From contig JBBRUX010000052.1 of the NCBI GenBank assembly GCA_038247415.1, positions 1 to 25,369 on the forward strand: a DNA stretch of 25,369 bases. Reading direction: 5' to 3'. Positions 8,501-17,371 of the stretch are shown piece by piece. Within the stretch, counting starts at the first letter, position 1; each line of letters starts with the position of its first letter. The translations under genes and the position numbers were made by a program. The stretch is from Chitinivibrionales bacterium (GTDB lineage Bacteria > Fibrobacterota > Chitinivibrionia > Chitinivibrionales > WJKA01). The notes under the pieces are model-generated. The model was given only the letters and a program-made list of their open reading frames with translations. It made no database searches and was not told where the DNA came from.

Positions 8501-10828
8501 CTATTTGCATTCAATGAACCGGTCAATTATCCGGGACACTTCATTTTGATTGGCTAAATTATACTTGGCAAGCGATGAAGTGATTCCGATCTTAATCGTA
8601 ATTGATTCCGGTGGAAGCGATCGGAATATATCCTCATCTGTTTTGTCATCCCCCATTGCCATAATAAAATCGCTCTTTACATTTGCAACGAATTTGCTGG
8701 CGGCCATGCCTTTATCAAATCCGCTTCGTTTAACTTCAAGCACCATAGAACCCTCTAAAACCTGCAACTTATTTTCGTGAGAAACCATCGCTCGCACCTC
8801 CTCTTTTAATTCCTTGGCTTTAATCTGGCCAATTTCCTGCGGGGCATTTCTATAATGCCACGCTAAAGAGGAGAATTTTTCTTCGATAAAGGAGCCGTTG
8901 CATCGGTCGGTGTATCGCTGCAAAACTGCCAAAAAAGCAACTTTCCAGGATTGGTCAGAATCAAGCGTACATTCCCAATCCATATGTGGTGATTTCAAGA
9001 ATGCGCCATGTTCAGCTATTAAATAAATGTTATTGTCCGCAAACCATTCATTCAGAAAATTTTTATCGCGCCCGCTTATGATGACTACAGTATTTTTGGG
9101 GTTTTCGCTGAGCATTTTCAATTGCGTGATTGTTTTGGCTCCAGGTACGGCAAGCTCCGGAACTTTGGAAAAAGGAACGAGCGTGCCGTCATAATCAAGG
9201 AAAATGACTCTGCGCAATGCGTTTTGATATAGGGCAATGATTTCCGATTCAATCAAAGGCGAAATAACATTTACCTTTCTTACTTCCTGCTCTTTTTTAA
9301 TTAACTCCATATTGTCAATAATATCTTTTGCCCACGTAAAAACAGTATACGTCTTAATCCGCTTTTGCATTCGCGCGATCAGGATCGTTCTGCTTCGCTC
9401 CGGCATTATCAGGGCTTTATTGATAGCATCGGCAACTTCGTGTTTATCTGCAGGATTGATAAGAATTGTTTCGCTGAGCTCTGCTGCAGCGCCAGCCATC
9501 TCACTGAGAATAAGTACGCCTTTCTGGGTAACTTGACAGGCAACATATTCCTTTGCCACCAGATTCATTCCATCACGAAGGGGAGTGATAAGACCCACCA
9601 GGCTCAGATCGTAGAGTGCAACGAGTTCTGCAAAGGGAATTGATTTGTATTGATAAATTATAGGTCGCCACGCCATGGTGCTGAATTTACCATTAATGCG
9701 ACCAACCGCAGATTCTATTTCGCGCTTCATGTTTTGATATTGAAGAATTGAGTCGCGTGAAGGAATAACGATCATGTTGAAAACGATTTTTCCAAGCCAT
9801 TCAGGGTAGGTTTCAAGAAAGCATTCAAAGGCTTCAAGACGATGAAGCAAACCCTTGGAATAATCAAGACGGTCTATTGAGAAAATCAATTTCAGGTTTT
9901 TGAGTGTTCCAAGGATTTTTTTTCGCTCAATATCAACAGGCTTTGAATTAATAGCCGCACCATTAAATTTTTCGTAATCAATCCCGATTGGATAGGCATC
10001 GACTTTAACAATTCGATCGCCAACAGAAACTGAGTTCATGGTGATTTCATGCCCGAGAAGTCGCGATACTGTGCGCAGAAAATATTGACTGTAGTCATAG
10101 GTATGAAATCCAATAAGGTCGGAACCAAGAACTCCTTGCAAGATTGAATTGCGCCAGTGCCTTGGCATTGTGCGAAAATCTTCGAATCCTGGGAATGGGA
10201 TATGCAGAAAAAAGCTGACATTAGCATTGGGGTATTTGTTGCGAATCAGCTCTGGTACTAAAAAAAGCTGATAATCATGTATCCAGATAAAATCATCCGG
10301 TTGCATAACACTCAGAATTTTATCTGCAAAAAGCTTGTTTGCTGTCACATAATTTTCGAAATAGCTCTCATTGTGTACAGCCATTGATGGAAAGTGATGA
10401 AACAACGGCCAAATAAGGTCATTACAAAACCCCCCATAATACTTATCGTTAATAGCAGCAGGGATTTCCACCGGCACAAGCTGATATTTACTACTGCCAT
10501 CCAAAAGCAGCTCACTTGAAGGCTTTGTATTGGGAGAAGACATTTTTCCCGAAAAAAACTTCTCAACCAGCCGCCAAACAGGTCTGCGCGAAGGTGGTAC
10601 TTCTTTTGGAGCAACAAGATCGTCACCCTTGCCAATCCATACGATCTTTTGGTAAATCTCGGCCGGGCCTTCACCCCCTTTTTTTTCCGAAAGGGCAGAA
10701 ATTGCAGAAACCAACCCTCCAGAGTTCTGGATAATGATCTCTTGGCCATTATCGATGACGGTTTTGAAGGGCAGTCTATATGAAACTACTATAAGTCGCT
10801 TAAATCGACTTTGTGCTTTTGTTGGCAA
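8501..10828 (-). CDS. otsAB: Bifunctional trehalose-6-phosphate synthase/phosphatase (OtsA-OtsB fusion)
   Basis: GT20 motifs GGLVSA, YYGGFCNDLIWPLFH, WIHDYQL, FFLHIPFP, DRLDYSKG and RDGMNLVAKEY. HAD domain FLDYDGTL..ISGR..MGDDKTDED. TTG start preceded by AGGAGG. Confidence 0.96.
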   Translation of the reverse strand: MPTKAQSRFKRLIVVSYRLPFKTVIDNGQEIIIQNSGGLVSAISALSEKKGGEGPAEIYQKIVWIGKGDDLVAPKEVPPSRRPVWRLVEKFFSGKMSSPNTKPSSELLLDGSSKYQLVPVEIPAAINDKYYGGFCNDLIWPLFHHFPSMAVHNESYFENYVTANKLFADKILSVMQPDDFIWIHDYQLFLVPELIRNKYPNANVSFFLHIPFPGFEDFRTMPRHWRNSILQGVLGSDLIGFHTYDYSQYFLRTVSRLLGHEITMNSVSVGDRIVKVDAYPIGIDYEKFNGAAINSKPVDIERKKILGTLKNLKLIFSIDRLDYSKGLLHRLEAFECFLETYPEWLGKIVFNMIVIPSRDSILQYQNMKREIESAVGRINGKFSTMAWRPIIYQYKSIPFAELVALYDLSLVGLITPLRDGMNLVAKEYVACQVTQKGVLILSEMAGAAAELSETILINPADKHEVADAINKALIMPERSRTILIARMQKRIKTYTVFTWAKDIIDNMELIKKEQEVRKVNVISPLIESEIIALYQNALRRVIFLDYDGTLVPFSKVPELAVPGAKTITQLKMLSENPKNTVVIISGRDKNFLNEWFADNNIYLIAEHGAFLKSPHMDWECTLDSDQSWKVAFLAVLQRYTDRCNGSFIEEKFSSLAWHYRNAPQEIGQIKAKELKEEVRAMVSHENKLQVLEGSMVLEVKRSGFDKGMAASKFVANVKSDFIMAMGDDKTDEDIFRSLPPESITIKIGITSSLAKYNLANQNEVSRIIDRFIECK

Positions 10829-10841
10829 CGAAAACCTCCTA

Positions 10842-12626
10842 TCAGTAAAAAATGGGCAAGTCGATTTTCGCGGCTATCCGGTAAACCGCATTCATAATCC
10901 CCACATGGCTATAGGTCTGAGGAAAATTACCCCATTGTCCAAACTCACTATCGGCGTCTTCGCTGAATAGCCCGCAATGATTGGCACACGATAAAACCCG
11001 ATCAAGCATTGCACGGGCACAATCAACTCTGCCGACATTTGCCAATGCTTCTATGTACCAGAAAGAACATACAAGAAAAGTTGATTTCGGTTTGCCGAAG
11101 TCATCGTGGTTGACGTATCGGTAAAAAAGACCTTCGGGGCTCAATAATTTGGCTTCGAGTGCTGCAAGGTGCAACTTCGCCCTATCAGATGATGGATCAA
11201 GATAATGCATGTTTATAAGTTGCAGCGTGCTTGCGTCTAACTCATCGACCCCAATGGCTTGAGTGTATGCCCTAAGCGAAGGATTATAACACTCCTCAAT
11301 GCGCTCTTCACAACGGTTAACAAGCAAGAGAGCTTTTTCTGAAAGACCCTGGTCGGATAAGGTAACCGCAATTTTTTGCGCTGCCTTGCAGCCTGCCCAG
11401 TGAAAAAGGTATGTATAGCAATGTCTCTGGAGACGATTGCGGAACTCCCAAACTCCCGCATCGGGAATGTCCATTGATTCATCTATGCGATTAAGTAACC
11501 ACATAACCAGGTTGCTATGTTGCTGCGTGAGATCGAGGTTTAGGCGCTTATCGGTATAAAGAGGCAAAAGCGACGTCAAAAGTTGACCATATACATCGTG
11601 TTGTTTTTGCAGATATGCGCTATTGCCAACTCGAACAGGACTATTTCCTCGATACCCGGAAAGTGGCAACATCCTTTCTGTCAATACTTTCTCTCCGCTT
11701 ATTCCGTAAACCGGCTGAATTGACCGCTCTTCATTTATAACGATGTTCTGGATAAACTGGAAGTATTTTTCCAGCTCCTTAAAGTGCCCTAAATTATTAA
11801 AAGCGTTAAGAGTATAGTAGGAATCTCTTATCCAGCAATAGCGGTAATCCCAATTGCGTCCGGAGCCATCGTGCTCGGAGAGACTGGTGCTGCCCGAAGC
11901 GATAATGCTCCCGGTGTCCTCGTATTGGTGCAGTTTTAAAACCAGCGCAGACCGAATGACCTCATCCTGATAGAGCGTCGGGATCGAGGCTGATTTGATC
12001 CACTGCCGCCAATACAATTTTGTTTCTCGAAGGAAATTTTCGGCAGTGGATTCCAGCGGAGCTTCCAATGGTTCACCATATGTCAAAACCAGATAAATAG
12101 CCTGATTGAGAACAAATGATTTTGATTGACAGATGTAGTTAAGGGGAGCGTTCGTTGTCAATCGAACCTGATTATCCAAATGCAAGTACCGTATATGATT
12201 GCTGCCGGTGACGATTTCGGGGACTACCGTACCCCACGCTCCCCTCGGCGAGCAAACAACTTTCACTGTTGGTTCACCTTCAAGCGGTTCAATCTTGCGT
12301 ACCAGCATGAGCGGTTTGAAATATCTTCCAAAATGATAAAATCGAGGTGCAAAATCAGTAACTTTAATCGACCCCGAACCAGTTTTAAATTCGGTAATTA
12401 AAATGTTTGTATTTTTTAGATAATATTGCTCGGAAGTAAATTCTGCTGACCCTGGAGTTATTGAGAATTCACCACCTTGCACCGAATCAAGCAGTGATCC
12501 AAAAAGAAAACTGCTGTCAAACCGTGGCATGCAAAGCCACTTTACATTTGCCACAGTATCAATGTAAGCCATATAGGAGCAGTTGCCAATGACGCCCATA
12601 TCATACGTATGTCGTTTTTGCATCAT
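10842..12626 (-). CDS. Glycoside hydrolase family 15 (trehalase-like)
   Basis: IGNC..WLCMPRFDS, RSALVLKL, RNWDYRYCWIRDS, PDAGVWEFR, FLVCSFW and GLFSED..QWGNFPQTYSHVG motifs. Start is probably the ATG at 12626 or 12623; the ORF track extends it to a TTG at 12644. Confidence 0.92.
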   Translation of the reverse strand: MMQKRHTYDMGVIGNCSYMAYIDTVANVKWLCMPRFDSSFLFGSLLDSVQGGEFSITPGSAEFTSEQYYLKNTNILITEFKTGSGSIKVTDFAPRFYHFGRYFKPLMLVRKIEPLEGEPTVKVVCSPRGAWGTVVPEIVTGSNHIRYLHLDNQVRLTTNAPLNYICQSKSFVLNQAIYLVLTYGEPLEAPLESTAENFLRETKLYWRQWIKSASIPTLYQDEVIRSALVLKLHQYEDTGSIIASGSTSLSEHDGSGRNWDYRYCWIRDSYYTLNAFNNLGHFKELEKYFQFIQNIVINEERSIQPVYGISGEKVLTERMLPLSGYRGNSPVRVGNSAYLQKQHDVYGQLLTSLLPLYTDKRLNLDLTQQHSNLVMWLLNRIDESMDIPDAGVWEFRNRLQRHCYTYLFHWAGCKAAQKIAVTLSDQGLSEKALLLVNRCEERIEECYNPSLRAYTQAIGVDELDASTLQLINMHYLDPSSDRAKLHLAALEAKLLSPEGLFYRYVNHDDFGKPKSTFLVCSFWYIEALANVGRVDCARAMLDRVLSCANHCGLFSEDADSEFGQWGNFPQTYSHVGIMNAVYRIAAKIDLPIFY

Positions 12627-12674
12627 GTTCGGATTCCAGTTCAATAAATGTGAAGTTGCCTTATATGAGGTAGC

Positions 12675-13955
12675 TTATTGAAACAGTCTGTTTTGCAATA
12701 GGTAAACACCTGCACCCGCAAGATAGCCCGCTAAGGCAAGCGGTGTAATCCTCCGCACATACCACATGAAATCTATCTTGGCTACGCCCATGGCGGCAAC
12801 ACCGGCTGCCGATCCGATAATGAGCGCACTTCCCCCGGTTCCCGCGCAGTAAGAGAGGAATGTCCAGAAGTGATGATCTACAGGGAACTGCTCTAGACTA
12901 TATATTCCCATGGCTCCAGCAACAAGCGGCACATTATCCACAATTGCCGAAAGGAGCCCAATTGACAAATCGATGATAGTCACATTGCCGATGGTTTTAT
13001 CCAGCCAAAACGAAAGCGCTCCGAGTATACCAGTAGCCTCGAGTGCAGAGATGCTGACAAGAATACCAAGAAAGAAAAGCACGCTCGCCATATCGATCCT
13101 GGAGAGGGCGTGAGCTGCAGAAAATGAGCGCTTTTCCAAATCGTTTTTTTTTGCGTGAAGAATTTCGGTGAGTAACCAAAGCGACCCAAGCGCCAGCAAC
13201 ATTCCCATGAATGGAGGCAGATGTGTAATTGTTTTGAATACCGGAACAAAAAGAAGGGCAGCAATTCCAAAAAACAGTACCAGGATTTTATCACGTTGAG
13301 CTTTAGGATCTGATTGAGGTCTGCTATTTTGAATCCTGTTACTCAGTTTGCCGCGTATCATGAAAGATGCAATTGTCAAAGGCACAGCCGCACACACCAG
13401 GCTAGGGACGATAAGGTTTGCCATGATGTTTGTCGCTGTTATCCTTCCGTCAATCCAGAGCATGGTGGTCGTCACATCGCCTATCGGAGACCAGGCCCCA
13501 CCTGCGTTTGCGACGATTACCACAATGCCAATGAAAATCAGTCGTTCCTCTTTGTCGAGAGCAAATTTCGACAGCAACGATATCATCACGATGGTTGTGG
13601 TTAAGTTGTCAAGCACGGCGGACAGAAAAAATGTCAAAAGTCCGACAATCCAGAGCAATTTTCGTTTACTAGTGACGTTGATTCTGCTTGTGATGACATC
13701 AAAGCCACTATGCATGTCGATGAGTTCAACAATGGTCATTGCACCCATCAGGAAAAACAGGATGCCCGAAAAGTCGCCGATATGCTCAATAAGCTGGGAT
13801 GTGACATGGTGGTGGTCTGATGCAGACAGGATATAGATCGTCCAGCAAAAAACGCCAGTCAATAAGGCTATTGCTGCCTTATTGACTTTAATGCCATGTT
13901 CGAATGCAATGGCCGTATACCCAGCGAGAAAAATAATGATAATGAGTGTGCTCAT
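12675..13955 (-). CDS. nhaD: NhaD-type Na+(Li+)/H+ antiporter
   Basis: ILFFLMGAMTIVELID, FFLSAVLDNLTTTI, ANAGGAWSPIGDVTTTMLW, SAIVDNVPLV and CAGTGGSALIIGSAAGV motifs. Confidence 0.93.
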   Translation of the reverse strand: MSTLIIIIFLAGYTAIAFEHGIKVNKAAIALLTGVFCWTIYILSASDHHHVTSQLIEHIGDFSGILFFLMGAMTIVELIDMHSGFDVITSRINVTSKRKLLWIVGLLTFFLSAVLDNLTTTIVMISLLSKFALDKEERLIFIGIVVIVANAGGAWSPIGDVTTTMLWIDGRITATNIMANLIVPSLVCAAVPLTIASFMIRGKLSNRIQNSRPQSDPKAQRDKILVLFFGIAALLFVPVFKTITHLPPFMGMLLALGSLWLLTEILHAKKNDLEKRSFSAAHALSRIDMASVLFFLGILVSISALEATGILGALSFWLDKTIGNVTIIDLSIGLLSAIVDNVPLVAGAMGIYSLEQFPVDHHFWTFLSYCAGTGGSALIIGSAAGVAAMGVAKIDFMWYVRRITPLALAGYLAGAGVYLLQNRLFQ

Positions 13956-13974
13956 AAACCTGAATCATCCTAGG

Positions 13975-14331
13975 CTAAATAAAATTGAATCGTGCAGCGA
14001 GCAGCGCTGCCGCCCATATGAGAATGCTATACGCAATGACAATTACCGAGAATCGACGCCAATGCGCCATTGTTGCGACAGTGCCTTCGCTGGTTTCACC
14101 ATGATATATTTTAATGTCAATAAATCGAACAAGTATCAAACAGGCAACAAGCAGGACATACAGCGTATGTGCAATACGTGGTGATTTGTTGGAGACAATA
14201 AAGAAAGCTGAAATTATAATTGCTGCATGGCCTAAAACCATCCAGTATACACGAGTAAGCAATGCTCCAAAAGGGGTATATTCCTGATTCGTGGGCTTAA
14301 CAGAATCGGCAGGAACCTTTTTATCGGGCAT
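13975..14331 (-). CDS. Hypothetical small integral membrane protein (118 aa, about 3 TM), first gene of the nhaD operon
   Basis: The ATG at 14331 (MPDKKV..) follows GGAGG at normal spacing and is a better start than 14406. Three hydrophobic segments. Ends 19 nt before the nhaD start. Confidence 0.75.
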   Translation of the reverse strand: MPDKKVPADSVKPTNQEYTPFGALLTRVYWMVLGHAAIIISAFFIVSNKSPRIAHTLYVLLVACLILVRFIDIKIYHGETSEGTVATMAHWRRFSVIVIAYSILIWAAALLAARFNFI

Positions 14332-14364
14332 ACAACACCTCCGGCTAAATACATTAACCGAAAA

Positions 14365-14408
14365 GGCGGCCCGACCTTTCCAAAACCTGTGGCTCTTACA
14401 CCACACCC
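14365..14408 (-). ncRNA. Candidate nhaA-I (Li+-I) riboswitch aptamer
   Basis: Minus strand reads GGGTG-TGGTGTAAGAGCCAC-AGGTTTTGGAAA-GGTCGGGCCGCC. The 5' GGGUG, hairpin TGTGG/CCACA, RGGY and 3' GGUCGGGCCGCC match my recollection of the nhaA-I consensus. It sits between a promoter and the RBS of an operon encoding NhaD. Confidence 0.68.
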
Positions 14409-14414
14409 ATAATT

Positions 14415-14444
14415 AATATAGGTAAAACGAGAGGTGCTTATCAA
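14415..14444 (-). promoter_or_regulatory. Sigma70-type promoter of the nhaD/trehalose operon
   Basis: Minus strand TTGATA (14444-14439), 18-nt spacer, TATATT (14420-14415). This puts the TSS at about the first G of the candidate aptamer. Confidence 0.6.
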
Positions 14445-14753
14445 ATGTTTTGGTGGGGGCTTGTACCGTAACCACTTGTTGAGATGTTTTAAATGTAAAC
14501 ATGATAAAGATTTGCTCGTGATTGAATACTCAACCCAAGCAACAGCTAGTGCTGGTTTTATAGAAGTATCACTCTGAGTTGTTTCACGCAGCTAGCTCCT
14601 TATACAGACGCTTGTTTTCTGTAACTTTCTTCCACGTCTTCCTGCGATGTTCCCCTGTGAATTAGATACACAGTTGCTTATTGCGCATCTTATTTTATAA
14701 AAGTTAATTCCTACATAGATTCTACGGGAAATAATTACCATAACTTTTCCATC

Positions 14754-14918
14754 CGGTCACACATTGTGACCTCAAGTTCTCACGGAGGTCGTCAATATCT
14801 CCCTTTTGTTTTTACAGAACATGGCGCACGTATGGCTGCCAATGTGCTCAATAGCTCCAAAGCAGTTGAGATGAGCGTCTACATGATACGCGCATTTGTG
14901 AAGATGCGTGAGACATTC
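14754..14918 (+). pseudogene. ORF6N-domain (phage antirepressor-like DNA-binding) gene fragment
   Basis: Reads RSHIVTSSSHGGRQYLPFVFTEHGARMAANVLNSSKAVEMSVYMIRAFVKMRE, the C-terminal half of ORF6N domains. The N-terminal half and the usual C-terminal coiled coil are missing. Confidence 0.8.
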
Positions 14919-14939
14919 AACATCGCTAAATTCACTGGG

Positions 14940-15179
14940 TTAAAAATGCCGATAGGCACAAGAATGTCCGGATCCGGATTTCAAATATTTCTCGAATTTG
15001 ATGGCTTTCTCTTCAATTAAAAAGGCAACATAAAGATCGAGTTTCCATGACATATACTTCGATGTGTGCTTGCTTTTGCCGGAAATATGGTCTTGGAGGC
15101 GGTTTTTTAGGTCGGTCGTATAGCCAATGTAGCGTTAACCCAGCGCAGACTCGCTTCTGATAATGTAAACATACTACAT
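14940..15179 (-). pseudogene. Small GIY-YIG nuclease (UPF0213/SLX1-like) pseudogene with two in-frame stops
   Basis: Hand translation from ATG 15179: M*YVYIIRSESALG*RYIGYTTDLKNRLQDHISGKSKHTSKYMSWKLDLYVAFLIEEKAIKFEKYLKSGSGHSCAYRHF*. The YVY..YIG, R, H and E..K motifs are intact. TAG at codon 2, TAA at codon 15. Absent from the ORF track. Confidence 0.88.
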
Positions 15180-15224
15180 GTGGTGGCCAGTCTTCCATCG
15201 TTGTCAGCTATAGACCACCAGCCA

Positions 15225-15323
15225 TCCGTAGCGCAAGCAATAGTCCTCCTTCGCGAAGCCTCTACGGAGGATCACCATCCTACGCCCAAAAACCAAAGGC
15301 TGGTTTTCGCGCGTAGGATGGTG
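15225..15323. repeat. REP-like palindrome cluster at the tmRNA 3' end
   Basis: TCCGTAG (15225)/CTACGGA (15262). TCCTCC (15244)/GGAGGA (15266) around CTTCGCGAAG. 13-bp perfect stem CACCATCCTACGC (15273)/GCGTAGGATGGTG (15311-15323) with inner AAAACCA/TGGTTTT. Confidence 0.7.
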
Positions 15324-15664
15324 GAGGTGAGGGGAGTTGAACCCCTGTCCGAGAAACATTCCACATAAGCTTCTCCATGCGCAGTCTGTTAATTAATCTC
15401 ATTACCGAATACGCCAGCAGACAGGCTTAAACGATAACCAGTGCCTAATCTCGTTTACGGGTCAGCACACCCCCATAAACCAGTACCCTAAGCTGCTCTT
15501 CTAGAAAAAGGTACCCTTTCCAGTCGAGTTGCCGCCTATTAGGCAGCCATTGCGTACGAAGGTTCGTTTGCAATTACATTGTATCGGATTTTTTACGAGG
15601 CCAACCGACGTCCTCGGCATGCTACCTATGATTCATCTTCCCCGTCGAAAACCAGTACACCCCC
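15319..15664 (-). ncRNA. ssrA: tmRNA (346 nt), tag peptide (A)ANEPSYAMAA
   Basis: 5' GGGGGTGTACTGGTTTTCGAC and 3' GGGGTTCAACTCCCCTCACCTCCACCA. Acceptor stem GGGGGTG/CACCTCC with G3-U. pk1 region GCATGCCGAGG..CCTCGTAAAA. Resume GCA at 15571 to TAA TAG at 15541-15536. Confidence 0.97.
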
Positions 15665-15911
15665 ATTATTAAAAAGAGCCATTGTATCGGGTTATGAGCG
15701 CCGATAGTGTTAAAATACTTAATGGCCTAGCTCGACATTCCTAAGTTACGGGGGTACTTCTTTTTTATTGTTGCAAGAGAAGTTGCGGGAACATCTGGAT
15801 TGATTAATTTTATACTATATATTAGTATTAGGTATGCACGATCAAGAAAGCTTGCGCGGACACTGCTTACATGCTTGGCTGATCTAAGATTGCAGTGTTT
15901 CGGAATACTTT

Positions 15912-17348
15912 ATGAAAAATATAAAACTATCTTTTATCTACTTAAGCGCTTTAATGCTTCCATTCGTAAGCAGCATGTTTTCTACAACACATATCTCGTG
16001 CGTCATGGCTGCTGTCGACAAGAAATATCTATCTCAGGGAACTATCGACTCAATGGTCCAACGCGGAGTCTTTGTGATGATGGCTTCCGAAGAAGTCGCT
16101 GGATTTGGAAATAGGCAACAGCAAGCGCTTGAGGGCGCAAAAACGATAGCGCGAAATTTACGGATTATTGCGCGGACCGATCCGAATAGTCGCTATATTT
16201 TATGGAGAGTTAGCGAGCTCGAAACCGAAATTTTGCTGCAAGAGCACGGCCTCAAGATGGAGAATCAGAATAAGAAGCAAAAGGAGGTTAATCAGCTTGT
16301 TGCATCGTTTAATGCAGAAACTGCTCGCAAACGGCCAGATTTACGCATACTCTTTGATATTTGTACAAAAACCGAAGCACTCGATCCTAATAAAAGTGAT
16401 GAACTTAAAGAATTGGCCACTAAACGAGGTGTCGATCTTACGCGTGAGATTGTTGGATTTCTTGAGGTTTACTTAAGAGATAGTAAACTTGATAAAGCTC
16501 AGGAAAATATCGATTATTGCGAAAAGTTTAAACCCTTTATGCCATTGTCACAAACAAAATATTCACAATATGTATCTCAGTTCAAATCGAATTTATCGGT
16601 GAAAGACGAACGGGCAATAGCAAGAACTTCGGTGCAACGTGCCGGGCAATTGCGCCTGGCGTTATCATTTGGCGAAGCAGAAGCAGCTCTTGAGAGTGCT
16701 TCCAAAATTCTTGCCCGACAAACTGCATCAGGTCAATCATCCAGTGAAGTTGCGAAAGTAAATTCTATGGTGAGCGCAGAACGTGTGCGTCTTACCGCAT
16801 CGGAAGATTCTATCGTGGGAGTCGCTCTGGGGTTACTTCACGATGCGGGTTTAATGGCTGGGTTCGAATACCTTGACAAAACATTGCGTCCTACTGGGTT
16901 ACCCAGAGAAAAAATTGCGCTCATCGATAATGCCTTGCTTCAAAAGGCACTTGAAATGAAGCGGGAAACCGAATCAAATATCGAAAATAAAGATGTGGTT
17001 GCGTTTATTCCGGTAGATGTTGATGGGTGGGCCTTTCTCAATGATCTTATGGGATCTGCTCGTGGTAGAGCACAACAGAAAACCGATAGTTTGAGAATTA
17101 TTACCCTTACCCAAGATTTAGCAACGCTTAAGAAAAGGCGTGGATCATATTCGCGTCAAGACTACGATGCTCGTGAAAAAGAATTATTTTCTGAATTGTC
17201 CACATTGAATGCTGCACGCATTTATGCCCTCGTAGAAAAAAAGAAACAAAAAGAAGCGGCAGATTTATTTGCCCGCAATAAAAAAGATTTTCAGAAATAT
17301 ATGTGTAAAGAAGCGTTTGAGTCGGTCGCTTCGGCTGTGGCAGACTAA
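15912..17348 (+). CDS. Hypothetical exported, largely alpha-helical protein (478 aa)
   Basis: Long ORF with a basic then hydrophobic N-terminal signal-like region and charged helical composition. No recognised family motif. Confidence 0.75.
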   Translation: MKNIKLSFIYLSALMLPFVSSMFSTTHISCVMAAVDKKYLSQGTIDSMVQRGVFVMMASEEVAGFGNRQQQALEGAKTIARNLRIIARTDPNSRYILWRVSELETEILLQEHGLKMENQNKKQKEVNQLVASFNAETARKRPDLRILFDICTKTEALDPNKSDELKELATKRGVDLTREIVGFLEVYLRDSKLDKAQENIDYCEKFKPFMPLSQTKYSQYVSQFKSNLSVKDERAIARTSVQRAGQLRLALSFGEAEAALESASKILARQTASGQSSSEVAKVNSMVSAERVRLTASEDSIVGVALGLLHDAGLMAGFEYLDKTLRPTGLPREKIALIDNALLQKALEMKRETESNIENKDVVAFIPVDVDGWAFLNDLMGSARGRAQQKTDSLRIITLTQDLATLKKRRGSYSRQDYDAREKELFSELSTLNAARIYALVEKKKQKEAADLFARNKKDFQKYMCKEAFESVASAVAD

Positions 17349-17371
17349 TATACTTAACAAAGGGGCAAATA

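Noticed and set aside
14584..14661. Minus-strand fragment FTGEHRRKTWKKVTENKRLYKELAA* overlapping a GTG, reminiscent of an antitoxin C-terminus before a Doc/Fic toxin
   Set aside because: No start codon, and the downstream frame closes after 9 codons. Too short to support.
14940..15179. Stop-codon recoding to explain TAG/TAA in the GIY-YIG frame
   Set aside because: Two different stops are involved, and other genes in the window end normally with TAA/TAG/TGA. Pseudogenisation is simpler.
15577..15690. 11-nt direct repeat CATTGTATCGG inside ssrA (15577) and just upstream of it (15680)
   Set aside because: A single short repeat with no mechanism evident. Probably chance, or overlap with a -10-like TACAAT.
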